From assembly GCA_028826165.1 (NCBI GenBank), contig JAPDFW010000083.1, forward strand, positions 62,001 to 126,000: a DNA stretch of 64,000 bases, given 5' to 3'. The translations under genes were made by a program, and so were the position numbers. Under the pieces are notes generated by a model, which had not been told where the DNA came from, did not search any database, and was given only the letters and a program-made list of their open reading frames with translations. The DNA is from Anaeramoeba ignava BMAN. Taxonomy: Eukaryota > Protista > Anaeramoebae. Shown in pieces: positions 1 to 13,417 of the stretch; within the stretch, counting starts at the first letter, position 1, and each line of letters opens with the position of its first letter.

Positions 1-2801
1 TTAACTGGCATAATTTCTACAACTTCAATAAAAGATGTTTCGTCAAATCGTACTGATCGATCCTTTGTTTTCTTCTTCGGTTTTTTCAGATTCTCAATTT
101 CTTGTCGAAGCTCCTTTTCTTCTTCTTGTGAGAGCTTCAGTTCGTTGTATAATTCAACTATTTTTTCTTCTTGTTGTTTTTCAATTTTTTTCAGTTTTTG
201 GTGAAGTTTTTTGCCCATTTTTTTATGTGGTTCTTGTTCGTTTGAAATATTAGTTAATCGCGAGAATGGCGATATTAATTTACGAGGAGATAATTGATTT
301 TTTGTTTTTGATATTTCTTGAATTTTTTGAGGAATTTCTTTCAACTATAATTTTAATAATTTTAAATAAATATTAAATAATTTTAATAATTTTAAAAATA
401 TTTATATTCATTACTTCATCAATAGTCACAAATTTACTATAAAACTCCGCTAAATAAACTAATATTGATTTTTCATCTATTTTTTTTCGCATTAAATCCC
501 CTCTTTCAATAATTGCAGGGATTCCAAATAATTTCCCAAGCTCAAAAGCATGAGTAAGAGTTTTTTTGGGTTGATTCTATTTGGTTATTATTTTAATAAA
601 TTTTGGTTTTTTTTTTTTTAGAATTTTTTTTTTATTCAACAGAATATTAACAAAAAAATTCAAAAAGAATTTTTGTGATCACTAACTTCTTCCAATATAA
701 CTTGTTCAACTAAACCAGATTTATGACCATCAATAATGCCACAAAAAGCACGACCATCTAAAAAACTAAACGGTTTACAAATATAAAAAAATTTTGTTTT
801 TTTTTTAAATAATAATAATAATAATAAAAATCAAGTATAAAATTTATTCATAAAATTTAAAATATAAAATTATAAAACAAACCCAACAGAAATATCAGAA
901 ATTTCAATATTATAACGTTCTAAAGAAAGATTGCACCACCCAATAATAACATCTTTATAAGAATAATTCCCTTCTGGAACTTGTTTCATTTTAAAAAACA
1001 TTATAATATCCCAAATCATTTGCAAAATTTTTGGTTCTTTATGTTCTAAAATATCTGTTGGATTTATTGTTAAATTTAACCCCAATTTTCTTGCAAAAAC
1101 AAGAGCTTGTCGAATATTTTCGAGTTTATCGTTTCGAGACTTGGGTTTTTTACCTGTTGCTTTCATGCTGTTTATTATAAATATAGATATATTTATATTC
1201 ATTTTTGTTTTTGTTTTTTTTTTTGAATCAATTTTTTTTTATTTAAATAAATTTGATTGAATAAAATTAATACGTTTTTCCACTTAAATTCTCAAGTAAA
1301 TTTATCAAACAAACACCATCTTCAAAGCCTTTTGTAATGCTATGAAAAGAGTTTAATGATTTAGAAAGATTATGTTGTATCCAGAGTATAAAAGTCTTCA
1401 TTTTAATTTTAATTTTAATTTTAATTTTAATTTTAATTTCGAATTGAATTTTAATTTTAATTTTAATTTTGAATTTGAATTGAATTGAATTGAATTGAAT
1501 TGAATTTGAATTTTGAATTTTAATTTTAAATTGAATTTTAATTTTGAATTTTAATTTTGAATTGAATATTGAATTGAATTGAATTGAATTGAATTGAATT
1601 GAATTGAATTGAATTGAATTGAATTGAATTTTAATTTTGAATTGAATTGAATTTGAATTGAATTTTAATTTTAATTTTAATTTTAATTTTGATTTCGAAT
1701 TGAATTGAATTGAATTGAATTGAATTGAATTTTAATTTTGAATTGAATTGAATTGAATTGAATTAAATTAAATTGAATTTTAATTTTGAATTGAATTTTT
1801 CATTGAATTTTTCATTGAATTTTTCATTGAATTTTTCATTGAATTTTAATTTTAATTTTAATTTTAATTTTGAATTGAATTAAATTGAATTTTAATTTTA
1901 ATTTTTAATTTTAATTTTGAATTAAATTGAATTTTAATTTTGATTTTAATTTTAAATTGAATTGAATTGAATTGAATTTTAATTTTAATTTTAAATTGAA
2001 TTGAATTAAATTGAATTGAATTTTAATTTTAATTTTAATTTTAATTTTGAATTGAATTGAATTGAATATTGAATTAAATTGAATTGAATTGAATTTTAAT
2101 TTTGAATTGAATTGAATTGAATATTGAATTAAATTGAATTGAATTGAATATTGAATTTTAATTTTAATTTTTAATTGAATTGAATTGAATTGAATTGAAT
2201 ATTGAATTAAATTGAATTGAATTGAATTAAATTGAATTAAATTGAATTGAATTGAATTTTAATTTTGAATTGAATTGAATTGAATATTGAATTAAATTGA
2301 ATTGAATTTTAATTTTGAATTGAATTGAATTGAATTGAATATTGAATTAAATTGAATATTGAATTGAATTTAATTAATTTTAAATTGAATTTGAATTGAA
2401 TTGAATTGAATATTGAATTAAATTGAATTGAATTGAATTTTAATTTTGAATTGAATTGAATTTTAATTTTGAATTGAATTGAATTGAATTTTAATTTTTA
2501 ATTTTAATTTTAAATTGAATATTGAATTGAATTGAATTGAATTTTAATTTTTCATTGAATTTGAATTTTAATTTTGAATTGAATTTTTCATTGAATTTTA
2601 ATTTTAATTTTGTAATTGAAAAATATAGCAAAATACTTTTCTTTGTATTTTGAGATTCTGATTTATATCAATTAAAAAATCATCTGATTTTTTCGAAACT
2701 ACTAAACTTGAACTTCGATTTCTTTGAACACCTTTTGTAAATTTTTCAACTGGTGTTAAAAGTTCTGCTGAATGAAATAAAGTATTTGTTGGAGTTGACA
2801 T
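1..2801 (-). CDS. Tandem calponin-homology (alpha-actinin/spectrin/filamin-type actin-binding domain) protein with coiled-coil C-terminal part; 3' end runs off the window
   Basis: Spliced exons approx. 2801-2637, 1395-1274, 1168-889, 766-687, 577-415, 344-<1 with GT..AG ends. The joined translation gives QRK|TFILWIQHNL, FEDGVCLINLLENLSGK, KLENIRQALVFARKLG, IIGWCN, FLDGRAFCGII and AFELGKLFGIPAII, which are CH1/CH2 signatures. Confidence 0.85.
1396..2636. repeat. Intronic microsatellite, mixed (GAATT)n/(TTTTAA)n, about 1.24 kb
   Basis: Directly visible; fills intron 1 of the CH gene. Confidence 0.95.
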
Positions 2802-3247
2802 TTTGTATTTTGTTTATTTTGTATTTCTTTTTGTTTTTTTTTGGATTATTTTATTTTTTATTTTTTGATTATTTTTATAAATTATTTTTTTTTTTAAAAA
2901 TTAAGAAAGAAAATAAAGAAAATAAAGAAAAGAAAAATCGAAATTTTTTTTTGTTTTCTTTGGTTCTTTAAATAAAAGGAAAAAAGTGAAAAAAAAAAAA
3001 TGAAAATTTAAAATTGAAAAAAAAAAAGAAAAAGAAAAAGATCTTTTTTTTTTTAATTTAAAAATAAAAGGAGAAAAAAAAAACAATTTTTTTATTCCCT
3101 TTTTTTTTTTTAACGTTTTTTTTTTAATCGTTAAAATTAAAATTAAAATTAAAATTAAAGTTAAAATTAAAATTAAAATTAAAATTAAAATTAAAAATCC
3201 ATTTTTCTTTTTTCTAAATTTTTTCTTTCTTTTAATTTAAAACAAAA

Positions 3248-4527
3248 ATGATTAAATCAAAAAAAATTCATAAAAAAAAAAGTTCAACAAAAGAAATTCA
3301 AGTTAAAAAATCAGAAGCTATTCGTCAAAATAAAGAAAATGTTTCAAACGGAGAAGAATATCACAAGTAAAAATTATGATTATAAATTATAAATTATTTT
3401 TAAATTAAATTTTAATAAAAAAAAAAACAAACAGAAAACAACAAAAACCTCCATCAAAACCACAAAAAATTCAAACAGGAAAAACCAAAAAAAACAAAAT
3501 TCTTCCCAAAAAAAAAGTGGAACAAAATAAAAAAAATAAAAAAAATTCCAAAAATAACAAAAACAACAAAAACCAAGAAAAAAAAGCAAATGAAGAACAA
3601 GAACATTCTATTCAAAATGAATTAAAAAACCCAAGTATAAGCAAAATTTTACGAGAAATACAAGCAGAAAAGGAAAAAAACGAAAAAGTTGAAGAAGAGA
3701 AAAAATTCACAATAAATGATTTTGAGATTGGAAAACCGTTAGGAAAAGGGAAGTTTGGAAATGTGTATCTTGCAAGAGAGAAGAAGAGCCAATACATTGT
3801 AGCATTAAAAGTGCTTTACAAAAAGGAGTTAATAAGAGGAAAAGTGGAACATCAATTAAGAAGAGAAATTGAAATTCAGTCGCATTTAAGACACCCCAAT
3901 GTTCTTCGATTGTATGGGTATTTCTACGATGAAAGAAGAGTGTATCTGATACTAGAATTTGCAGGACAAGGCGAGCTCTACAAAATACTTTGCAAAAAGG
4001 GGAAATTTGACGAAGAAACAGCAGCCAATTACATTGCATCAATTGGATCTGCTTTATCTTATTGCCATTCCAAGCATGTTATCCACAGAGACATCAAACC
4101 AGAAAACCTTCTTCTTGACATCAACGGAAATGTGAAAATTGCTGATTTTGGATGGTCTGTTCACGCTCCTTCAAACAGAAGAAAAACTTTATGTGGAACA
4201 CTTGATTACTTACCTCCCGAAATGATTGAAGCCAAGGATCATGATGAGAAAGTTGATATTTGGTCTCTGGGTGTTCTTATATATGAATTCCTTGTAGGAA
4301 GTCCCCCTTTTGAAGCCACTGGAAATCATGAAACTTACCGAAGAATCACTAATGTTTTGTACCAATTTCCTGATCATGTTTCTCCTTTAGCTCGTGATTT
4401 GATTTCAAAACTTCTTATTAAAAATCCAAAAGATAGACTTCCTCTTCATGATTTATTGAAACATCCTTGGATTACTTCTCATGTTTGTTCAGAAAAATTA
4501 GATAAATTAGCTTCTTTTTTGGTTTGA
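3248..4527 (+). CDS. AURK: Aurora kinase
   Basis: ATG at 3248, one short intron at about 3368-3434. Motifs [40 protein letters not shown] and [27 protein letters not shown]; N-terminal KEN box (QNKENV) and C-terminal [13 protein letters not shown]. Confidence 0.97.
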
Positions 4528-4756
4528 TTATTATTGATCATAATTAATAATTAAATTTGAAAATTTAAATCAGTTGATTTAAAAGGAATCAATTTGTGAA
4601 AGATTTTTCCCTTTTTTTCTTGTTTTTTTCTTGTTTTCTCTTCTTTCATTTTGGGTTAAATAAATTTGATTAATTTTTTGATTTTTCATTTTTGATTTTT
4701 CATTTTTCATTTTTCATTTTTCTTTTTTCTTTTTCTTTTTTTTCTTTTTTCTTTTA

Positions 4757-7700
4757 ATGCAAATTGTCAATCAAAAACCTTCTTTTCCCTTTTTTGAATG
4801 GCTTATTTTTTCTGGTATTGGGAATGAAATTCAAGTATTTGAATCGAAAGAAAAAAGGACAGGTAATTTTTATTCAAAATTTCTTTTTTTTTTTTTAGAA
4901 AAGTGTTCAATACGTGAAATAAAAACTAAAGTTTAGTTTGAAGACTTGAATTTAATTTTTGAAATACGAATTTTACAATAAATTATAAATAAAATTATAA
5001 ATCAAATTATAAATCAAATTATAAATCAAATTATAAATAAATTATAAATTAAATTATAAATCAAATTATAAATTAAATTATAAATTAAATTATAAATCAA
5101 AATATAAATCAAATTATAAATTAAATTATAAATCAAATTATAAATTAAATTTGGATTTTGTTTTTTAATTGATCAAAATTTTTCGAAATTTGAAAATAAT
5201 TTTTGCAAATAATTTTTCCAATTTTACAATTAAATTATAAATTGAATTAAATTTAGAATAAAAATTGGAATTATTTTGACATTCAATTATAAATTAAATT
5301 ATAAATAAATTTATAAATAAAATTATAAATTAAATTATAAATTAAATTATAATTAAATTATAAATTAAATTATAAATAAAATTATAAATAAAATTATAAA
5401 TAAAATTATAAATAAAATTATAAATAAAATTATAAATAAAATTATAAATTAAATTATAAATAAAATTATAAATAAAAATATAAATAAAATTATAAATAAA
5501 ATTATAAATTAAATTATAAATAAAATATAAAATAAATTATAAATAAAATTATAAATAAAATTATAAAATAAAATTATAAATTAAAAATATAAATTAAATT
5601 ATAAATAAAATTATAAATTAAATTATAAATTAAATTATAAATAAAATTATAAATTAAATTATAAATAAAAATATAAATCAAATTATAAATTAAATTATAA
5701 ATTAAATTTGGATTTTGTTTTTTAATTGATCAAAATTTTTCGAAATTTGAAAATAATTTTTGCAAATAATTTTCCAATTTTTTACAATAAAATTATAAAT
5801 TGAATTAAATTTAGAATAAAAATTGAATTATTTTGACATTCAATTATAAATTAAATTATAAATAAAATCATAAATTAAATTATAAATTAAATTATAAATA
5901 AAATATAAATTAAATTATAAATTAAATAATAAATAAAAATATAAATTAAATAATAAATTAAATTATAAATTAAATTATAAATAAAATTATAAATAAAATT
6001 ATAAATTAAATTATAAATAAAATTATAAATCAAATTATAAATTAAATTATAAATAAAATTATAAATAAAATTATAAATAAAAATATAAATAAAATTATAA
6101 ATAAAATTATAAATAAAATTATAAATAAAATTATAAATTAAAATATAAATAAAATTATAAATTAAATTATAAATTAAATTATAAATAAAATTATAAATAA
6201 AATTATAAATAAAATTATAAATAAAATTATAAATTTCTAAATAAATAAAATTATAAATTTCTAAATAAATTAAATTATAAATTTCTAAATAAATTAAATT
6301 ATAAATAAAAAGGTCTTTCAATTCAATTTCTTCCACAAATACTCGCAACTGTTCCTGAAAATAAAGAAAAACTTCCTAAAAAAATAGAACTCTTTCTTCA
6401 ACCTCAAGGAGGAATTCAACTTTTTTCAGAGCATCAAAACCCTTATAATCACGAATTTGTTTTAACTCATGAAGATGGAAGTCAATTATATGGATTTGCT
6501 TTTTCTAGATTTTTTATATTTTCAAAAAAGAAACATTCAAATCTTCAACAACTTTTTAATCACAGAAATTTAGGAAAACTTCCTCCAAATATTTTTGCTT
6601 CAAGAACAATTGCTGTTGTTACTAGATGGCCTTTTCATAGAACATATGAAATTATTTTACGTCGCTTATTAATTGGAGTGAAAAAATTTAATCGTAAATT
6701 TAAATAAAGAAAAGATCCTTTTCCTAAATTTCAAATTAATGGAAAAAAATGAATCAAAAAAAAATAAAATATAGAAAAGACAATCCAAAAATTGGCAGAT
6801 GCATTAAATCAAATTCCTCAACCAAATACTTGGGCTTCTTCATCTAAAATATTTATCGATAATCATAAAATTTATCTTCCTATTGTTCATTCCAAACAAT
6901 TACCAACTGCAGATGTAAATGATTAATATTTTTAATATTTTTAATATTTTTAATATTTTTAATATTTTTAATATTTTTAATATTTTTAATATTTTTAATA
7001 TTTTTAATATTTTTAATATTTTTAATATTTTTAATATTTTTAATATTTTTAATATTTTTAATATTTTTAATATTTTTAATATTTTTAATATTTTTAATAT
7101 TTTTAATATTTTTAATATTTTTAATATTTTTAATATTTTTAATATTTTTAATATTTTTAATATTTTTAATATTTTTAATATTTTTAATATTTTTAATATT
7201 TAGCTATCTTTCTCTGTTCTTTTTTCTTGTCTTGATCCTTCAAATGTGATTGATTTATTTACAGCAATTCTTCTAGAAAGACAAACTGTTTTTATTTCAA
7301 ATAATGCTTCAAAAATCACAACTTGCACTGAAACTATTCGTTCACTTCTTTATCCTTTTGAATGGTTATATCCTTATATCCCAATTCTTCCTCCAACATT
7401 TTCTGGATTTCTTGATGCACCAACCCCATTTATTTTTGGAGGAAATAATAAAATACTTGAAAAAATCGAACTGTCAAGTCAAGTAAAAAAATTAACAAAA
7501 TTTTTTTTTTTACAGTTCTTTGTAATAAATGCAAAAAATATTCAAATTTATAAAATTATATTCTTCGTAGATTATCGTTGCTTATTTGGATATAAACCTT
7601 ATTCTTATAAACGAGCCAATTACTCCTCTCCCAGAAAGATTAAAAGATCGGTTGATTAAATTGATTTTAAAGCATGCGAATGTGTTTACATACTCAAATA

Positions 7701-9154
7701 AGAGAGAAAGAAAAAATGTGGATTCAAAACAAAGATATTCCGAAATTGAGAAATCAGAGACAGAATTTTTATGCACATCATTTTCATCAGAATCATCAGA
7801 AGATGAATCCGATGAGCAACCAAAAGCAAAAAGGTGGGATGAAAAACAACAAGAGAAACGGTTTCGATCTTCTTCCACATTTCGCATTGTCCATAAAAAT
7901 ATAATTGAAAAGCCTGTTAAACTTGCACAAAATTTAGAAAATATAAGCACAGAAGAAAGTGAAGAAACAGACCACAATTTTATGAACAGAATCGGGTTTT
8001 CGAGTAAGCCCACAATGGCCAGATTTGTAATTCCCGAAGAAGTCGAAGAAAAAGAACCAGAAATTAATGTAAAAGAGCTTCGCAAAGGATTTATGAAGAT
8101 ATTTGTTTCTTTATTGAAAAAGTATCCAGAATATATGATTTTTCCAACAAAAGAAAAACCCTCTAATTTCAAAGCTGAGGAGTTTTTAAAAATTGCACCA
8201 GAAGATAGCAGAGTATATTCATAATATTAGAAATAATATTTAAAACAATATTTTTTTTTAATTGAACATCCTTTCATGTAATTAAAAAAAATTTAGACAT
8301 TTTTAAACAAACTTGTTGAAACCCAATTATTCAGCTGCTTTATTGACAACCAATTAATTGGCGACAGCAAAGAGCGTTACTTCAATGAAATCATAATAGA
8401 AAAAATGAAAAGAAGATCCTTAAGATATATACTTCTTCGCGATGCGCAGAAAACAGAATTTCTAGTCAAACGAGGCAAAAGAAGAAAGAATTGGAAAAAA
8501 AGATTTTTCCATTTGAATCAAAACGAACTCAGATATTATCAAAGAAACGAAAACCAAGAGAAAAAACAGAAATTGAAAGGAGTAATCAATCTAGTACAAG
8601 GAGAAACAAAAATCCAGATACCAAAAAACGGACCGCGCAATTTTATGTTCCAAATAGTAACCAAAAAAAGAACATATTCAATCTCTTGTGAAAGTGAAAT
8701 ATCAAGAAGAGAATGGGTTGCAGTACTGAAATCAAGATGCTTCAGTCAATCCGAGTTCAAAAATTGGCAAACCAGACTAGGATCAACATCACTTTCAAAG
8801 CAGATCTTAATGAATAGCACAGTTGGAAAACAAAGGCAAATGAGAAATTCCTTATCTCAAAAAATGGATGAGATTCATCCTGTTACAATAAGTCTTGGAA
8901 GTCTCAAATCAACACCTCAACAAACACCAAAACAAACCCCACGACATTCACCAAGACACTCTCCAAAATATTCCCCTATTCAATCTCCTTTAAGTCCATT
9001 TTCAAATCCAAATGATTTGGAAAATACTAAACCTAATTCAAAAAAATCTGATGATCCAAATCAAAAAGAAAAGGAAACAGAAAAAGAAAAAGGAAAAGAT
9101 CAAGAAACTCAAGAATTATTGGATAAAATTAGTGAATTTTTTGATAAGAAATAG
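4757..9154 (+). CDS. DENN-domain Rab GEF with C-terminal PH domain
   Basis: Exons approx. 4757-4862, 6313-6693, 6775-6914, 7204-7482, 7571-8212, 8297-9154. uDENN (FVLTHEDGSQLYGF), cDENN (LFTAILLERQTVFIS, LLYPFEWLYPYIPILP, FLDAPTPFIFG), dDENN (FMKIFVSLL, FKAEEFL, FLNKLVETQLFSCFI) and PH (FLVKRGKRRKNWKKRFF ... RREWVAVL). Confidence 0.9.
4975..6310. repeat. Intronic (AAATTATAAAT[T/A/C])n 12-mer array containing a ~557-bp tandem duplication with a unique ~135-bp core (5151-5286 and 5708-5844)
   Basis: The core ttggattttgttttttaattgatcaaaatttttcgaaatttg...ttattttgacattc occurs twice. Confidence 0.9.
6923..7201. repeat. Perfect (AATATTTTT)n 9-mer array making up almost an entire intron
   Basis: About 31 uninterrupted units between donor GT (6915) and acceptor AG (7203). 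Confidence 0.95.
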
Positions 9155-9314
9155 AATTGTTTCTTAATTCTGCAAAAGAAAACTTTTTTTTTGTTTTATA
9201 ATTTAGATTTGATCCAATTTAATTTCAATTTTTCATTTTTTTTTTTACATTTTTTTTCTTTTTTTTCTTTTTAAAAAATTAAAATTAAAATTATAATTAA
9301 AAAATACATCATAA

Positions 9315-11315
9315 ATGGAAAGTTTTTTAGAATTTGGAAATATTATAAAAAAAGAAGGTTATTTATATTTAAAAAGTATTTAAATTTTTAAAATTTTCTA
9401 TTTTAAATGAAATTCCAAATTTAAAAATTTTATTATTTAAATTTTATTATTGAAAAACAAACAAGAAAACAATTCGCAAACGATCGACAAGTTTTGGTTT
9501 GTTTTAGTTTCTAAAGTGTTATTTTATTATAAAGACAAAGAGGTTTGAATATTAAATCTTTTCACTTGAAAATGTCAATTATAATTATAATAATATTTAA
9601 TAATATTTTTCTTTTCTTATAGAAAAAAGTTTTTCTTGGAATTATTCCACTTAAACCAAAAGCAAAAACAACAAAAATATTTTCTCAATCAAATCAACAT
9701 AATTTCCAAATTAAAGTTGATTCAAAAGAATTATTTGAATTGGGATTAGATTCAAAAAAAGAACTTGAAAATTGGAAAATGCTTATTGATAATTCAATTT
9801 CAAAAGAAAGTGCAGCAAAACCCAAAAATATTAGTGATTTTACTTTATTCAGTTTAATTGGAAAATCTGCTTTAGGAAAAGTTTGTTTAAATCAAAAAAT
9901 CAAAAAATCAAAAAATCAAAAAAATAAATCAATAAAAATCATAATTAAGGTTTTGAAAGTGAGAACAAATGATGATCAGCGAATTTCTGCATTGAAAATC
10001 ATTTCAAAAAATCGAAATTTTAATAAAGAATTAGTTTTGTCAAATGCAAAAAAATTTATGAGTATTAATCATCCATTTATTATTCCAATTCAAAATTTTT
10101 TTGAAGATGAATCAAAATTGGCAATAAATTTTGAATTTATGGAAGGAGGAGAAGTATTTTTTCATCTTCAAAAAGAATCCAAATTTCCTGAAAAGAAAGT
10201 TCAATTTCTTTGTTCAGAATTGATTTGTGCTTTATCATTTTTTCATCAAAAAGGGATAATTCATCAGTATATTTTATTATTATTTCTTTTTTTCAAATTC
10301 CAAAAAATTTAAATTAAAATTTTTCTATTCAAGATATTTGAAACCAGAAAAGATTTTTTTTGATAGATTTGGACATATTCGTTTGGGTTATCCTTCTTTT
10401 ACTCAATTAGAAACAACATTTGTTGGAACACCTGAATATTTAGGTAAATTAAAAAGAAAGAAAAAAAGAATTATTTTTTTTTCCCGAATCTTAATTTGAT
10501 CAATTAAGAACTTTTTTTTTTCTTTTTAAATTTTAATTTTAATTTTAATTTTAATTTTAATTTTAATTTTAATTTTAATTTTAATTTTAATTTTAAATTT
10601 TAATTTTAATTTTAATTTTAATTTTAATTTTAATTTTTATTTTAATTTTGATTTTAATTTAATTTTAATTTTAATTTTAGCTCCTGAAGTTATATCAGGA
10701 GAGAATACTACAAAAGCTTCTGATTTATGGAGTCTTGGGATTTTAATTTATGAAATGCTTGTTGGTATTCCACCTTTTTATGATGAACATATGATGACAA
10801 TGTTTCACCAAATATTAACACAACCCATACAATTTCCCTCATATGTTTCAACTGTTGCAAAAGATTTAATTTTAAAGGTTTATTTTCTCAAAATCAAAAT
10901 TTATTAAAATTTAATTAAAATTAATCAAAATCAAAATTTAAAAAAATAAAGCTTTTAGAAAGAGATCCAAAAAATAGATACACTATTAATCAAGTTTTCC
11001 AACATCCCTTTTTCAAAGGAATTGATTTTGATTTGGTTTTAGAAAAAAAAATTCAATCTCCATTTACAATTTATTTGGCTTCACCAAGAAGTGGATCACC
11101 TGATATTTTTTTTCCAGAAAAAGATGATCAAGTTGAAAATGAAACAAATGAAACAAATGAGGATCGTTTTCAAGGATTTACTTTTGAATTTAAAGATGAA
11201 AAAAGAAAAAGAAAAAGATAAAGAAAAAGAAAAAGATAAAGAAAAAGATGAAAAAGATGAAGATGAAAAAGATAAAGAAAAAGAAAAAGATGAAAAAGAT
11301 AAAGATGAAAAATGA
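9315..11315 (+). CDS. PH-domain AGC (PKB/Akt-like) protein kinase homologue, predicted pseudokinase
   Basis: Exons approx. 9315-9375, 9465-9542, 9623-9881, 9950-10266, 10334-10443, 10681-10877, 10952-end. PH (KKEGYLYLK, KFWFVL, LFYYKD, ELENW), kinase fold (HPFI, FMEGGEVFFHL, TFVGTPEYLAPE, DLWSLGILIYEMLVGIPPFY) and hydrophobic motif FQGFTF. The stop is at 11221 as written, or 11315 if one A in a homopolymer near 11190 is an error. Confidence 0.85.
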
Positions 11316-11506
11316 TCCAAAAAAAAATCAAATTGAAAAAAAAAAAGAGAAAATGAAAAAAGCAAAAGAAATTCTCTTTTCAAAATTAAAACTTTATTTT
11401 TTTTGGATAATAATGAAAAAAAAACAGAAAATCAAAACAAAATTTTTCTAATTTTTATTGAAAAAAACGATTTTATAATTTGATTTGATTTAATTTGATT
11501 TGAGTT

Positions 11507-13417
11507 TTAAAGCCAAGAAGGAGGTTCTTCAGGGATTTGTACAAGATCTGTATCAAATAATTCTATAAATTGTTCGTTATTTAAACGGACTTTACTTCCT
11601 GCAAATCTACGATATTCTTCAAAAATTGTTGCTAAATTCCATCTTTGAATTTTTCTTAAACAACCTATTAAAGTACCTTTTAAAATTGATTTAAAATTGA
11701 TATAAAATTGATATAAAATTGATTTAAAATTGATATAAAATTGATTTAAAATTGATTTAAAATTGATATAAAATTGATTTAAAATTGATTTAAAATTGAT
11801 ATAAAATTTGATTTAAAATTGATTTAAAATTATTTAAAATTGATTTAAAATTGATTTAAAATTGATTTAAAATTGATTTAAAATTGATATAAAATTGATT
11901 TAAAATTGATATAAAATTGATATAAAATTGATATAAAATAGATATAAAATTGATTTAAAATTGATATAAAATTGATATAAAATTGATTTAAAATTGATAT
12001 AAAATTGATATAAAATTGATTTAAAATTGATTTAAAATAAATATAAAATTGATTTAGAATTGATTTAAAATTGATTTTGATATAAAATTGATATAAAAAT
12101 TAATGGATAATTTTTGGATAAAATTGATATAAAAATAAAGAAAAAATAAATCTGAACGAGTATTTAAAAACCTAATTAAAATTAAAATTCAATAATTTTT
12201 GATCTGCAGCAAAATTGATAGTTCTTTTTATTTTAAAAATTAAAAATGAAAAGATTAAATTATTAAAATAAATTTATATGATTTTATTATAAAAAACTGA
12301 TATAAAATTGATTTAAAGAAATTATTGTTTAAAATTGATAATTTTCAAGAAAGGAAAATTAAGTTCATTTAAAATTGATTTATAAATTGATTTAAAATTG
12401 ATATAAAATTGATTTTAAAATTATTTTAAATTTGAAATGAAAAATGAAAAATGAAAAATGATTTTTGATTTTTCTATTTTTAAAATTTATAAGAATTTGA
12501 TTAAAATTTTAATTTAAAATTTAATTTAATTTTGATTTTTAATTTTGATTTTAAATTTAATTTTGAATTTGATTTTTGAATTTAATTTTGAATTGATTTT
12601 GATTTTAATTTTGATTTAAAATTTTTAGATTTCATTTAAAATTTGATTTAATTTTGAATTTAAAATTGATTTTGATTTTAATTTTAATTTTGATTTTGAT
12701 TTTGATTTTGATTTAAAATTTTTTAATTTTGAATTTAAAATTTTAAAATTATTTTAAATTTAAAATTTTTTAAAATTTGATTTAAAATTTTTAATTTTGA
12801 TTTTAAAATTGATATAAAATTGATATATTTTTGAATTTAATTTTGAATTTAATTTTGAATTTAAAATTTGATTAATTTTGATTTAAAAATTGATTTAAAA
12901 TTGATTTTAAAATTGATTTAATTTTGATAAAATTTTGATTAAAATTTTATAAAATTGATATTTTGATTTAAAATTGATATAAAATTGATTTGATTTTGAA
13001 TTTTGAATTTTGAGTTCCAATAAATTTTGATTTGAATTTAAATTGCACATAACAAGTAATGGATAATTTTTGGATTAAGTATTAAATAAAGAGCAGAAAG
13101 AACTATTTCTTCAGATATAGTTTAATTTTGAGTTTGAATTACTTCAATATTTTGATCCGCAGCAAAATTAGTTCTTTTTATTTTTAAAAATTCAAAATGA
13201 AAAGATTAAATTATTAAAATTTAAATTTTATATGATTTTTATTATAAAAATAATATTTTAATTAACATTTTTGAGGAAGATCTTCAGGTCCTAAAGAAAT
13301 TATTGTTTTAAGTGCTAATTTTTCAAGAAAAGGAAAATTAAGTTCATTTGGAAAACCACTTCTATATAAATCATCTTCAACCATTCCAAAATTAATTGGT
13401 GGAATTAATTTTGTCAT
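11507..13417 (-). CDS. OCA1/SIW14-family (PFA-DSP) atypical dual-specificity phosphatase; middle exon corrupted in this sequence
   Basis: Exon 1 (13417-13267) [34 protein letters not shown]. Middle-exon fragments [27 protein letters not shown] carry frameshifts. Last exon (11676-11507) [46 protein letters not shown]. Confidence 0.8.
11678..12100. repeat. Intronic (AAAATTGAT[T/A]T)n 11-mer array
   Basis: Directly visible next to the last phosphatase exon. Confidence 0.9.
12100..12500 (-). pseudogene. Degraded second copy of phosphatase exon 1, intron 1 and exon 2, interleaved with the 11-mer repeat
   Basis: Fragments taatggataatttttggat, gatctgcagcaaaatt, gttctttttatttt, aaagattaaattattaaaat and tttcaagaaaggaaaattaagttcattt match 13058-13490 in the same order. 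Confidence 0.6.

Noticed and set aside
5151-5844. MITE or LTR pair in DENN intron 1
   Set aside because: No terminal inverted repeats, TG..CA ends or target-site duplication; it fits a simple tandem duplication.
11185-11315. Programmed frameshift at the end of the Akt-like gene
   Set aside because: One extra A in a homopolymer explains the switch to the EKDK tail, and similar indels elsewhere point to sequencing error.
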